Origin: Scyliorhinus canicula
Lineage: Eukaryota
DNA: 64,000 bases
Assembly: GCF_902713615.1 (NCBI RefSeq)
Contig: NC_052146.1
Location: forward strand, 197,737,199-197,801,198
Direction: 5' to 3'
The notes below the pieces were generated by a model. It saw only the letters and a program-made list of their open reading frames with translations, made no database searches and was not told where the DNA came from. Of this stretch, positions 49,825-62,369 are shown in pieces. Numbering within the stretch: position 1 is the first letter of the stretch; every line of letters starts with the position of its first letter. The position numbers were made by a program, and so were the translations under genes.

Positions 49825-50729
49825 AACAGGGGTTAATGATAAGTTCACAAAGGAATAAAGTTCTGAGTATGCCATGTGACTCAATGAAATGGCATAATTT
49901 TTTATTTAGCTGTTTGGAGCTTGGAAATAGCTCCCACCTTACATACAGCACTTAGTAATGTGCGACAATCCACAGCTGGCTTGGCAACCCCTTCATGATA
50001 CTAAATCTGCTTTTTCAAAAGCCTGACAGACAAAGGGCACAATATTAAAATATTTTGTGAATTAATCAAATTTTAATTAGCTACAGGTAAAATCAGGTAA
50101 ACATTCAGCAGTGACCTTTGGATACACAATATCAAATTGAGAATTAAATTTCATTGCTTTAAAAAAGTGCAATACTTAAGGAAAGTTGAAACCAATTGTT
50201 TTTAGAGGCGCTAAAATTAATCCTACTTCGTGGGTTCTCCTATTTGGATAACAAGTAAGTCACATACTGGCACCGAATCCTGTATGTCCCAATTAATCAA
50301 CATAATATTTAGTGCTCTAGTTGATATTAACATTAGCTATTTGAAAGAGAGGAGGGAGAATTACTAACTTAGGTTTGAAACTTAAGTAAAACAAAACCCA
50401 GTAATCTGGGATAAACTGATAATGTGTAAATACGCAGATGAAGAATGAAAAGTATTCAAAAAGTATTCAATACAAAACCAGTACATGCACTTGAAGGGCA
50501 AAGGTTCCACTAGTGTAGTTAAACAAGCCTGGTCAAAAAACAAGAGTGTGGTAATCTAAAATGAGAAGTTTATACAAATACATGAACTGAAAAACAGAAA
50601 CCCAGCAAACCGGCAGGACTATAAAAAGCACCAAATAGGTTAAAAAAAAGTGGAACAGGTAAAGAAATAGATTGTCAAAAAAAACTGCTGAGAATATCAA
50701 CGTTAACAGTAATAGTATTTATAAGCATA

Positions 50730-50986
50730 TTACACTATTGCTTCACAGCGACAGGGACCCAGGTTCGATTCCCGGCTTGTGTGGAGTCTGCATGGGTTTC
50801 CTCCGGGTGCTCTGGTTTCCTCCCACAAGTCCCAAAAAGACGTGCTTGTAGGTGAATTGGACATTCCAAATTCTCCCTCCGTGTACCCGAACAGGTGCCG
50901 ATGTGTGGTAACTAGGGGATTTTCACAGTAACTTCATTGCAGTGTTAATGTAATCCTACTTGTGACACTAATAAAGATTATTATTT
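50730..50986 (+). mobile_element. V-SINE-headed SINE with (TTA)n tail
   Basis: V-domain plus actaggggattttcacagtaacttcattgc tail. Confidence 0.85.
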
Positions 50987-50989
50987 TTA

Positions 50990-53090
50990 AGAGAAAACTG
51001 GGTCGAGGGAAACATAGGTCTATTATAATGCATAACAGGGAAAATGGCAGACTTAATAAATTAATAGTTTATACCCATTTTCATTGTAGAGGAAGAGGAC
51101 AGATTATTACTGATGCAGTGGCAGGGGCCTGCGACCATACTAGTCTGATGCAGTGGCACTTAAAAATTACTCAACATCAGAACTTGTTGCATTTCTTACA
51201 AATAGAAAATGACTAAAGAGAAGATTTGAACTTCACAGACAGAGCTCCAGGACCTAGCAGTTTAATTATTTTCAACTAAGGGTATTAAAGGAAATAGGTG
51301 AAGAAACTGAAAAATGTTTTAGTCATAATTTTCCAATGTTCTCTATATTTGAAAATTGTGCATATCACTTATATTTCAGAAGAGAGGGGGATAAAGCTGA
51401 TAACTACATACATACCAGTTTAACATGATTATGGGGAGATTATTGAAATGTAGTATCAGGGCAGTGCTTTGACCAGCATGTATTGATTAACAGGAGTCGG
51501 CAAAGTTTTGTGAAGGTTATGTCTGACTAATTCAGTTGGATTTTTGGGGGAGGTCACTTGCATAATGCCGTATCTATGGCTATTATCTGTATCTAGTAGA
51601 TATCAAACAAGATTCCACACAATTGATCAAGAAAAATTAAAGCATATGGAAATGGAGGGAACCAGAGAGTAAGTCTGTCTACATTTCTTTTTAATTTTCT
51701 GCACCCAAACCACACAATTTAGTGTGGCTCCAAACTTAGTATTATCTGCAACCTTGGATATATAATTCTCTCTTACTTTTGTCAGGATAGGGAGATATTA
51801 GGAACTTGGGTCCAGAAATGAGGCTCAAAATGTAGCAGGCAAGTTAAGGGTTAAACAGACTGAAAGAAAAGATTGCTAGCAACAAACTCCGAGGAATACA
51901 CACAAAGCCGGAGTTACCTCGCCTCTTTCAGACTTAACCTCATTAACAGGAGTTTAAGAGTTTAAATATTGTTTTTTCTTTTGTTTCAATAAAGTTTGTT
52001 TATAAATTAACCAAGACCTATTTCTTATTATCACTCCCAAAAGGGCAGCATAGTGGTGCAGTGCTTAGCTCTGCTGCCTCACGGCACCAAGGACACCGGT
52101 TTGATCCTGGCTCCAGATCACAGCCCGTGTGGAGTTTGCACATTCTCCCTGTGTCTGCGTGGGTCTCAACCCTACAACCCAAAATAATAATAATCTTTTA
52201 TTATTGTCACAAGTAGGCTTACATTAACACTGCAATAAAGTTACTGTGAAAAGCCCCTAGTCGCCACACTCCAGCACCCGTTTGGGTACAGGGAGAATTC
52301 AGAATGTCCAATTCACCGAACAAGCACGTCTTTCAGGACTTGTGGGAAGATATTGGAGCACCCGGAAGAAACCCACGCAGACATGGGGAGAACGTGCAGA
52401 CTCCACACAGACAGTGACCCAAACTGGAATCGAACCTGGTACCCTGGCGCTGTTAAGCAACAGTGCTACTGTGAGACTGTGGCGTGCAGGGTAGGTGGAT
52501 TGACCACACTAAATTGCGCCTTAATTGGAAAAAAGAATTGGGTACTCTAAATTTATTATTTTTTCAAATTATCACTCCCAAAACAAATCGATCTTTCTGC
52601 ACCGTCTTAAAACTTTAAAAAGTCAGACATCTGGTTCAGTATCTTAGCCATTGCTGAGGGCTGACCAGGTGCCTGTAACTTTATCTAAGCAATTTTGAAA
52701 TTAATGAGAAGCTGAAGGACCAGACAGGTCCTTAGGGAACATCACTTGTGACATCCTATCAATCAAAGAATGTTCCATTTATCTGTCTTCCACATTTGTC
52801 CAGGCAGAACTGTGGCATATGGAGCACAATTTGTAAAACATGAGGCTTTTCACTTAGGGTCAGCGAAATACAAATTGGAGTATTCTCTTAATGGAAATAT
52901 CTATGAGCAAAGAGATTGTGCTCAGCTACATAAATCACAAAATGACAATGCACAAGTACAAAAAATAATTTAAAAGGCTAATGGAATGTTGGCCGTCAAG
53001 ATTAAGTCAAACTTCAGTTGTATAGTGCACTTTGATCAGACCCCATCTGGCATATTGCTTTCAGTTTTACGCACTGGATCTAGGAATTAT
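50990..53090 (+). mobile_element. Very degenerate CR1 RT remnants interrupted by an LTR-like segment and SINEs
   Basis: agagctccaggacc..., aagttttgtgaagg.tatgtctgactaat and aaaaggctaatggaatgttggcc motifs. Confidence 0.5.
52043..52567 (+). mobile_element. A-tailed V-SINE with an opposite-orientation (TTA)n-tailed V-SINE nested at ~52183-52480
   Basis: 16-bp TSD attatcactcccaaaa (52027-52042, 52568-52583). Confidence 0.88.
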
Positions 53091-53099
53091 AGACTTTGT

Positions 53100-53510
53100 T
53101 TTATTAATTCAAGGGATTTCACTGGCCAGGCCAGCATTCATTGCCCTTACCTAATTAACCTTGAGGTGATGATGGTGAGCTGCCTTCTTGAACTGCTGAA
53201 GTCCAAGTGGTCTAGGTACACCCACAGTACTGTTAGGAAATTAGTTGTGGATTTTCACCCAGCAACAGAGAAGGAACAGCAATATATTTCCAAGTCATGA
53301 TGGTCAGTGACTTGGAGAGGACCTTCAAGGTGGTGGTGTTCCCATGTATCTGCTGCCCTGTCCTAGATGGTAGCGGTCGTAGGTTTGGAAGGTGCTGTCT
53401 GGGCAGCCTTGGCGAGTTCCTACAATACATCTTGTGGATGATACATAGTGCTGTTACTGGACATCAGTGGTGGAGGGAGTGAATGTTTGTGGAAGGGAGG
53501 CCAATCAAGC
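53100..53510 (-). mobile_element. LINE 3' end (CR1/L2 group), partner of the 7820 SINE
   Basis: Minus strand ends gggcaatgaatgctggcctggccagtga..atccc. Confidence 0.65.
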
Positions 53511-53514
53511 GTGC

Positions 53515-53708
53515 TGCGTGGGTTTCCTCCAGGTTCTCCGGTTTCCTCCCACAAGTCCCAAAAGATGTGCTGTTAGGTCATTTGGACATTCTGAATTTTC
53601 CCTCTGTGTACCTGAACAGGCGCCAGAATGTGACGACTAGGGGCTTTTCACAGTAACTTCATTGCAGTGTTAATGTAAGCCTAATTGTGACAATGAAGAT
53701 TATTATTA
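53515..53708 (+). mobile_element. 5'-truncated V-SINE with (TTA)n tail
   Basis: Same family as 50730. Confidence 0.85.
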
Positions 53709-53786
53709 TATAAGGATATCAAGAATATGGACCAAGCTGAGTAAATGAAGTTAGAGGTAATGATCAGCCACAAATTCACTCTCAAG

Positions 53787-54012
53787 GAGGGAGGCACGGT
53801 TGCACAGTGGTTAGCATTGTTGCCTCATGGCACTGAGGACCAGGGTTCGATCCCGGCTCCAGGTGACTTGTCTGTGTGAGGTTTGCACATTCTCCTGGGT
53901 TTGCATGGGTCTCGCCCCCACAACCCAAAGATGTGCAGGATAGGTGGATTGGCCATACTAAATTGCCCCTTAATTGGAAAAAACAATAATCGGGTACTCT
54001 AAATTTAAAAAG
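53787..54012 (+). mobile_element. A-tailed V-SINE/HE1-like SINE
   Basis: 14-bp TSD aattcactctcaag (53773-53786, 54013-54026). Confidence 0.88.
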
Positions 54013-54348
54013 AATTCACTCTCAAGCTGCTCTGAGGCATAGCTTTGTTCCTATGTTCTTACATTTTGGACAAATATTCATCATTAATTAGATTTTTCTG
54101 CACCCTTTGAAAAGTTTAACCTGCCAATTTCTGGAAGTGTAAGCAAATAACACTGATGAGGTCAACGCAATATCTGTCACCTTAGTGAATACTAGGACAA
54201 AAGTCTGCCTCCTTAACTAATGAGATTTAAAAACTGAGAAAGGAACAGGAATGATGAAATAGAAATAGAGTGGACTACAGACAAATTGGGTACAAAAAGA
54301 AAACTTTGAGTGAAAGAGACAGGCAGGATGCAATAAGGGAAAGAAAAG

Positions 54349-54472
54349 GTTGGGTTACTGGAATACGGGGATAGGGTGGAGGTGCGGCTTGAATAGGGTG
54401 CTCTTTCCAAGGGCCGGTGCAGACTCGATGGGCCGAGTGGCCTCATTCCACACTGTAAATTCTATGATTCTA
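54349..54472 (+). mobile_element. HE1 SINE 3' tail fragment
   Basis: Matches 42945-43067. Confidence 0.8.
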
Positions 54473-55181
54473 AAAGTGATAGAAAAAAATATATAAACAT
54501 TAAAAATTTGAACTTTGATCCAAGAATTTACTACATGCCGGAATGAGAGCAAACAAGTAAATTGTTCAATTTCTGAGTCAATAGCTTGATTTGCACTTCA
54601 TTCACAATTGTCACATCAATAAAGAATTCAGAATACTCCATTCTGAACAGAACATTCTGCCACGAGTTTAATGGGTAATTAAGGTGCAAATCCAAGAAAT
54701 TCTTTAAAATAACCAAGTGACCAATGGAAAGATGCCGTCTGTGAGAAGCAATGGTTGAGCAGCATAAATCAAGCAGCAAGTTCAGGAGATTCACAATTCA
54801 CACCATATCTCAATCTTCTAAACTTGCTAGCCAATTGGCACACCAATAACAGTATGCATCATTAACATTCCGTTCTTTCCCTAACAAGTTCAAACCCAGT
54901 ATTTTTCCTTCAGACCGTACATGGCCTCAACGACTGCATAGAGCATTGAAGTTCTATAGCAAGACCGCCAAAGCAAAAACCTTTGGAGCGTAAACCAGAA
55001 GTGTTCAAATCATTGAAAGGAACTAGTGCATAAATACACACAATTCAGTTAATATACTGCAAGTTGTTAATAGATTAGGTATATACGATTCATCATTTCA
55101 GGGGAAAGTGCATGACTGAGCAGTTAAGTACTTCTATGTAAATATATAAAGCAGCTGACAATTTACAATAAACATTCTTAC

Positions 55182-55292
55182 CTTTTTGTTTTAAACTACT
55201 TTCCAGTGTGAATAAATTTTCAAAGAATATAAAATAAATCTGAGAGTAGTTGGTTTCAAAGAATTGCTTCAGTTCACTTCTTTCCAAAGTAT
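55182..55292 (-). CDS. RALGAPA2: RALGAPA2 coding exon (exon 2 equivalent, 111 nt, phase 1-1)
   Basis: ttttttatattacag|ATACTTTGG...CAAAAAG|gtaaga; encodes (D)[36 protein letters not shown](G), matching my recollection of the RALGAPA2 N-terminus ([20 protein letters not shown]). Confidence 0.93.
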
Positions 55293-56299
55293 CTGTAATA
55301 TAAAAAAATATATAGTCAGGTAGAAGCAAAAGATATTGGTTTTAAGAGCTTAAATAAAGACATAGAGATTACAGGCATATCTAAATGTGATGGGGGGGGA
55401 AATGGGCCTACATCTTGCCGATGTAATTTAACACAGATAATATGGTATCATGCATGTGGACACAGACAATGCCAAAATGTGTACATAATGCAGGGCTGTG
55501 TGCTTAAATTTCTTAGTAAGAGAAAGACCTGAGTTTTATAGCAAATGAACATCTGAGCATCTGTAACCAGTTCCACAAAAGTCATTGCAAAAGCATTCAG
55601 AGTGTGTTGGGATGTATTGTCAGGGAAAGGAATACAAAACACAAAATAATAGTACGAGACCTTCGTGAGGACTCAGAATACTGAGTTTATGTTTGGTCCA
55701 GAGGTTTAAGAACGGGCCACCAGACTGACAACTATTGAATATAATTGACTTTATAAGCACAAAAACATACATTTTGAAGAAGATTTGATCAAGATCTTTT
55801 TAAAAGTTGGAAGTGTTACACAAAATCTCTGGCTAGGCTAAATCCGTTTAAACGGTTAGAAAAGACAAGGAACAGGAGTATAAGTGATATAAGTAGGACT
55901 CAAAGTCAGGAATTGCTTCTTTTCACAGTCATTAATCGATTGAACAAGTCGTCAGTTTGCTGTAAACATCTAAAAGAGAGCTGTATGAACTCCTGAATGT
56001 TGTCATCATTACTATATATAGAAGTGGAATGGATGTTAAGAGTACATGTCTCCCAGGCACCATGAACTTCTGGAATTTGTTTGATCACCTTCAAAAATGG
56101 AAAAGGCATTTCCCAAAGTTGCTTTTTCCAAATTGGTCTACTTTTCTTTTCTATTTTTTTTTTTACTTCTTGTATATATAATCAGAAAATATTGCATCCC
56201 TTCAAGAAATTTGATGGGGTAACCCAGGAATTACAGAAAAGTTCAGGTCAATAATGTAGATAAACTCAAAATTAATATGATACATTAAAACTAACACAC

Positions 56300-57400
56300 T
56301 TTTAAACACACAGGCTCATCAGGGACAATATGCTTGACCAATTTGAATTCATCAAATCATTCAGCAAAGAGAAAGGGAGTGGAGTTTATGTTGTTTACGT
56401 AGATTTTCAGAAGTATAACAGGGCGTACAAGAGAATTTTGCAAAAATTAAGATGTATATGACAAAGTTCTGTAGTTGGATGGATAGGGCAACCATTAACA
56501 AGTAGAGGTTGGAAGTTGTATATTAATGTTTTCCAGGTTGATGTGTGCCCCAAGAATTAAGCCTGGGGCTCTTCTGATATAAGTTCCTGATGAAATGTAA
56601 AGCTGTATTAAATTCAGGAAATACAACAGTGAGAGGAAGTTTACTACAAGCAGTCAGATGCTTAGGTTGGTCAGTTATTTTGTGATACAAATACATGGAT
56701 CTTTAAAGTGAGAATGAAGGTAGTAAAGGTGATTTTAAAAAAGGCAAATGTCATTCTCGGTTTTCTATCAAGGGCACCCAATTTGTACAGAATATTGCTT
56801 AAACCACAGTTGGATTACTGCATTTCTGTAATAGGAAGGATTTTAGACCATAGAAAGGAGAAGTGAAGTTCCCACGAGAAGTAAAGATGAAGGGAATCAT
56901 TACAACAGACAGGTTAACGGGAGAAAAACAGTAGCTCTCAAAATTCTGAAAGATTTTAAGAGGTTAACTTGTGGGAGATTGTTTCCACAAGTTTGTGAAT
57001 CGCCTAGAAGATGGAGTTGAGAAGGATCTTATTGAAACTTACAGAATACTGAGAGGCCTAGAGTGGACTTGGAGAGGATGTTCCCACTCGTAAGAGAAAA
57101 TCGAACCAGAGGGCACAGCCTCAGACTGAAGGGACAATCCTTTAAAACTGAGATGAGGAGGAATTTGTTTTTAGCCAGAGGGTGGTGAATCAGTGGAACT
57201 CAATGCCGCAGAAGGCTGTGGAGGCCAAATCACTGAGTATCTTTAAGACAGAGATAGATAGGTTCTTGATTAATAAGGGGATCAGGAGTTATGGGAAGAA
57301 GGCAGGAGAATGGGGATGAGAAATATATCAGCCATGATTGAATGGCAGAGCAGACCTGATGGCCCAAATGGCCTAATTCTGCTCCTATGTCTTATGTTAA
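56300..57400 (+). mobile_element. CR1 remnants (older piece plus a younger 3' end at 57005-57397)
   Basis: DLIETYRILRGL, RGHSLRLKG; 3' UTR atcagccatgattgaatggc...ctcctatgtcttatg. Confidence 0.7.
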
Positions 57401-57547
57401 CAAGTGGTCATAGACTCAGAATTATCAATATAAGAATGTAGATAAAGTTATAGGAAATGCTTCTTTACTGAGGATTACAGAATGCAAAATCTTCATTAAA
57501 ATTGTGTGAATGCCAAGACCATGACATCAAATGAAAGAGAATTAAGA

Positions 57548-57725
57548 ATCATAGAATTTACAATGCAGAACCCAGACCAAGGGGCATTTTAGCATGGCCA
57601 ATCCACCTAACCTGCACATCTTTGGACTGTGAGAGGAAACCGAGCACCCGGAGGAAACCCACGCAGACACAGGGAGAATGTGCAGACTCCACACAGTCAC
57701 CCGAGGTGGGAATTGAACTCAACAC
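57548..57725 (-). mobile_element. Internally deleted HE1 SINE
   Basis: V-domain and CR1-type tail on the minus strand. Confidence 0.75.
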
Positions 57726-58169
57726 TAAGGTGGAACTTGAACCCAGAATCTTGTGGGTGACCTTTTTCGGCTTTTTAAAAATAAAAAGTTTGAGGATGTA
57801 CCAAAGTGCAGAAAAAATGAGCCAACATCATTCCCTCAAATGGAACTGGTAAAGTCTACATGTGGCTCCCTTCAGAGTATATCAGACCCTCCAAAATTTG
57901 AATGATTCAGATGCAACTTTAGAATTATTGGTTGGATAAAGCCAAGAGATTTGCAACAAAACCCTCGACTATCAATTAGCATGACATGAAACCCAATTAC
58001 ACCATTAACAAGGTTTCATGTACAGCATCTAATTATAAATTCATAGAGAACAATTTTTTTTAAAGGGCCATTAATAATAGCTTAAAATCGTATACAGTAC
58101 TGTAGTGTTAACTGATGTGAAATGGTTCTTAACTTTGATAAGCTTTGGGCAACTCACACCAGCATATGT

Positions 58170-59045
58170 ACACCTCTGCAACATCACCCAATGGCTCGTC
58201 TGTCTCAGCTCATCTGCTGCTGAAAACCTCAGCCATTTCTATATTATCACTAAATTTGACCTAATTCAATGCAATCCTGACCAGCCTCATAAATTGTGTC
58301 CTCCATAAACTGGAGGGCATCCAAAAGTCTGTTGCTCATGTCATAACCCACACTAAGCCCTGTTCACCCATCACTATTGCGCCTAGTGACTTACACTGGC
58401 TCCAAGATCAGTTCCTCATTTATCTTTTCAAAATGTCCATGGCCTTACCAATCGCTATCTCTATAATCTCCTTCAGCCCTACAATGCTCCAAGACCTCTG
58501 TGCTCCTCCATTTCCAGGCTCTGGAGAAATCCCAATTTTAATTCCTTCAGCTGCCTCAACCACCATATTTTCTCCTTAATAATAATAATAATAATAATAA
58601 TAATCATAAACGTTTATTATCACAAGTATGAAGTTACTGTGAAAGGAAGATATTAGGGCAGATGACCAAATTTGTCAAAGAGAAAGGTTTTAAGGAGTGT
58701 CATGCAGGACTGGTTTAGCTCTGTGGGCTAGATAGCTGGTTTTGTGATGTAGAACAAGGCCAGTGGCAACACCTTCCGGCGCCTGTTCGGGTAAGCTGGT
58801 ACGGGAATTGAACCCGCGCTGCTGGCCTTGTTCTGCATCACAAAACCAGCTGTCTAGCCCACTAAGCTAAACCAGCCCTGCATGACACTCCTTAAAACCT
58901 CTCTCTTTGACAAATCCTTCGGTCATCTGCCCCAATATCTCCTTTCTAATTCAGTATGAAATTCTGCTTGGTAATAAGCCTGTGAAGTGCCTTGGGAAGT
59001 TTTGCAATGTTAAAGGAACTATAATAATACAAGTTATTGTTATAT
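58170..59045 (+). mobile_element. L2-type LINE 3' fragment with nested SINE (58578-58878, minus)
   Basis: ctcatctgctgctgaaaacctc...; tail gtgaagtgccttggga...ttaaagg.actata..aatacaagttattgtt. Confidence 0.65.
58641..58946. repeat. ~123-bp inverted duplication (arms 58641-58763 and 58822-58946)
   Basis: Arms are reverse complements across the SINE/L2 junction. Confidence 0.92.
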
Positions 59046-60639
59046 GTAATCAGTCAGGCAATTGAACTTATTCATTGTCACATTCCCATATACAAAACAT
59101 CATGCTGCGCGAAATGGCAAGAAAAGAATCAAGAGCAAGCTCTGAAGAGTAATATGGACTCAAAACGCTACCTCCGTTTCTCGCGCCACAGATGCTGCCA
59201 GGCCTGAGTTTATCCAACATTTTCTATTTTTATTATGAGAGCGAATAACTTCACTTACCCTCTTAGTAAATAAATTGTTCAGTGCACAGGAAGTTCGTTT
59301 TTTTTTTAAAAGGGCTGTGAAAAGCCAAAGTAATCATTAGAAAAGTAGTGCAAGTTATTTTTCTCAAGATGTAATGGAGGATTCTGTTTAAACTGACCTC
59401 TTGACCACTGCTGAATCATCTCAGAATTAATCTCTAAAATGGTCTCCTGCATAGCTGTCCCACCTTAATGTTGCGCTAATCCAGAACTCAGGAAGCAGAG
59501 TAATACAAACAGTACTTTCTACATCCCTCACAATTTTCATTGTCCCCACCAAAATAATAGTTTACCCAAGGGTGTTCAACCTATGGGCTATTTAGCCAAT
59601 AAAAACAAGGCAACTTTGTTCCATTTCAGTTTTTTCTTATTTACTGGCTTCCGCCATTTGGATTGTGTGACTGCCAATTGGGAAAACACTTAATGCAGGC
59701 AGCCCTCAATTGGTTCCTGAACACCGTGCCACAAGTTTAAAAGTCGCACGTCGGAATCTATTTTCCCAGAGGAGCAATGTTATAAATGTGCGACTGGTTC
59801 CTGAATCCTATTTTCACTGAAAGGTAATGCTGCCTTTCTATCAACATGTGACCATAACACCGTATGGAATCACGCCTTATTTGACGTTTTGCAGTTTTGA
59901 AGAGAAAACCGGTTTATGACAAGTGTTAAGTGAAGTCCACTGAGACAGTTAGTTTTAAACTGTGGCTTTTGCTCACACACGCAGATCAAGCTGCAAACAC
60001 CTCGAGCTGCAAACAACAATAGTTTGTGAAATCTTCCATAATTGGGACGCAATTTTCCTTTCCTGAGGTTGTGAAAGACGGAACATAAAGGGAATATAAT
60101 AGTTGATAAAGACCAATTGTTCACTGATGTGGTGTCAAAAAGCCAAAACAGGGTATAATTATTTTTCAAAATCTTTCAAGTTTATACAGTATGACATAAA
60201 TCGAATGTTGTAAAGTCAAGTACTGGCTGTTACTTGAATTATAACATCAATAGTTATTGGTGTTTTCAGCTTGAGCTGTGTGTGAACTAATGGAAACACT
60301 GATTGAACTTTATACCCAAACAGTCCCTGAAAACAAAAGCATGTATGCTCCTGGTATATCCCACCTATCCAGTAGGCTGCAGAGTTTAATATAGCAATGG
60401 AATCAAAGTATTTTTCTCAATCCTTCCCATTGGAAACAACAAATCAAATAGTTACTATTCCACTGGAATATTTGGAAAAAACATTTGTGACATTTTCATA
60501 TCCGTATGAACTGCATTCTCTTTACACACAAAAAAATTGAGTTTTAAAAATGAACCAGAAAAGAATGTAACATTTTAATGGGGAAAGAAAAGAGAGCATT
60601 TATATGGCTATACAACTATACAATGTACTGAGTCTAACA

Positions 60640-62360
60640 TTCAGACAATAATCTAGCATCTGGGACCTGATGAAATGTATCCCAGGACATTGTGGGAGGC
60701 TGGGGAGGAAATTGCCCCCCCACCCCCAGCTGAGATATTTGAATCATCAACAGCCACAGGAGAGGTATCTGAAGATTGGAGGGTAGCAAATATTTAAGAA
60801 GGGCTGTAGGGATAAGCCTGGGAACTACAGACTGGTTAGCCTTACTTCTGTAGTGGGTAAATTGATAGAAGGTATTCTGAGGGACAGGATCTACAGGCAT
60901 TTAGACAGGCAAGGGCTAATTAGAGAAAGTCAGCATGGCTTTGAAAGGGGAAAGTAATGTCTCACAAATTTGATCAAGTGTTTTGCCGGGGTAACCAAGA
61001 AGGTAGATGAGGACAGTGCAGTCGACGTTGTCTGCATGGACTTAGCAAGGCCTTTGACAAAGTGCAGCATGGTAGGTTGTTGCAAAAGGTTAAATCTTAT
61101 GGAATCCAGGGTGAGATAGCCAATTGGCGACCAAAGCCAAAGGGTGGTTGTGGAGGGTGTTTTTTCTAACTGGAGGCCTGTGACCAGCGGTGTGCCTCAG
61201 GGATCAGTGCTGGGTCCACTGTTATTTGTTATATATATATATATATTAATAATTTGGATGAAAATACAGGAGGCATAGTTAGTAAGTTTGCAGATGACAC
61301 CAGGATTGGTGGCATAGTGGATAGTGAAGGTGGTTATATAAGATTGCAACAGAATCTTGACCAAATGGGCCAGTGGGCTGATGGGAGTTTAATTTGGATA
61401 AATGTGAGGTAATGGATTTTGGTAGATCAAATCAGGGTAGGACATACTCAGTTAATGGTAGGGAGTTGGGGAGAGTTACAGAACAAAGAGATCTAGGGGT
61501 ACAGGTTCATAGCTCCTTGAAGGTTGAGTCGCAGGTGGACAGAGTGGTGAAGAAGGCATTCAGCATGCTAGGTTTTATTGGTCAGAATATTAAATATAGG
61601 AGTTCGGATGTCTTGTTGAAGTTGCACAAGACATTAGTAAAACCACACATGGAATACTGTGATCAGTTCTGGCCATCCAATTATAGGAAGTATATTGTTA
61701 AACTAGAAATGAAAAAATGAAATGAAAATCGCTTATTGTCACGAGTAGGCTTCAATGAAGTTACTGTGAAAAGCCCCTAGTCGCCACATTCCGGCACCTG
61801 TCCGGGGAGGCTGGTACGGGAATTGAACCGTGCTGCTGGCCTGCTTTAAAAGCCAGCGATTTAGCTGAGTGAGCTAAACCAGCCCCGAAAGAGTGCAGAA
61901 GAGATTTACGAGGATGCTACTAGGACTTGATGGTCTGAGCTATGAGGAGAGGCTGGGAGTTTTGTCCCTGGAGTGTAGGAGGCTTAGGGGTGATCTTATA
62001 GAGGTCTATAAAATAATGAGGGGCATAGGTAAGGTAGATAATCAATATCCTTTCCCAAAGGTAGAGGAGTCTAGGACTAGAAGGCATAGGTTCACGTTGA
62101 CGTGGGAGAGATACAAAAGAGACTAGGGGGGAAATTTCTTCACAGAGGGTGGTGAGCATCTGGAATGAGCTCCCTGAGGCAGTGGTGGAGGCGGGTACAA
62201 TATTTTCCTTTTAAAAAGTTAGACAGTTACATGGGCAGGGTGGGTATAGGATATGGGCCAAATGCGGGCAAGTAGGACTAGCGTAGTGACAGAAACTGGG
62301 TGGCATGGACAAGCTGGGACAATGGGCCTGTTTCCAAGCTGTAAACATCTATGACTATAA
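60640..62360 (+). mobile_element. Degenerate CR1 (RT through 3' end)
   Basis: [35 protein letters not shown]; many stops and frameshifts. Confidence 0.9.
61706..61886 (-). mobile_element. Young (TTTCA)n-tailed SINE inside CR1
   Basis: Same family as 3619; short gaaa duplication. Confidence 0.9.
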
Positions 62361-62369
62361 GACTCTATT

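Noticed and set aside
59565-60200. Possible hAT-like transposon remnant (caagggtgttcaacct)
   Set aside because: No matching second TIR, TSD or transposase motif could be confirmed
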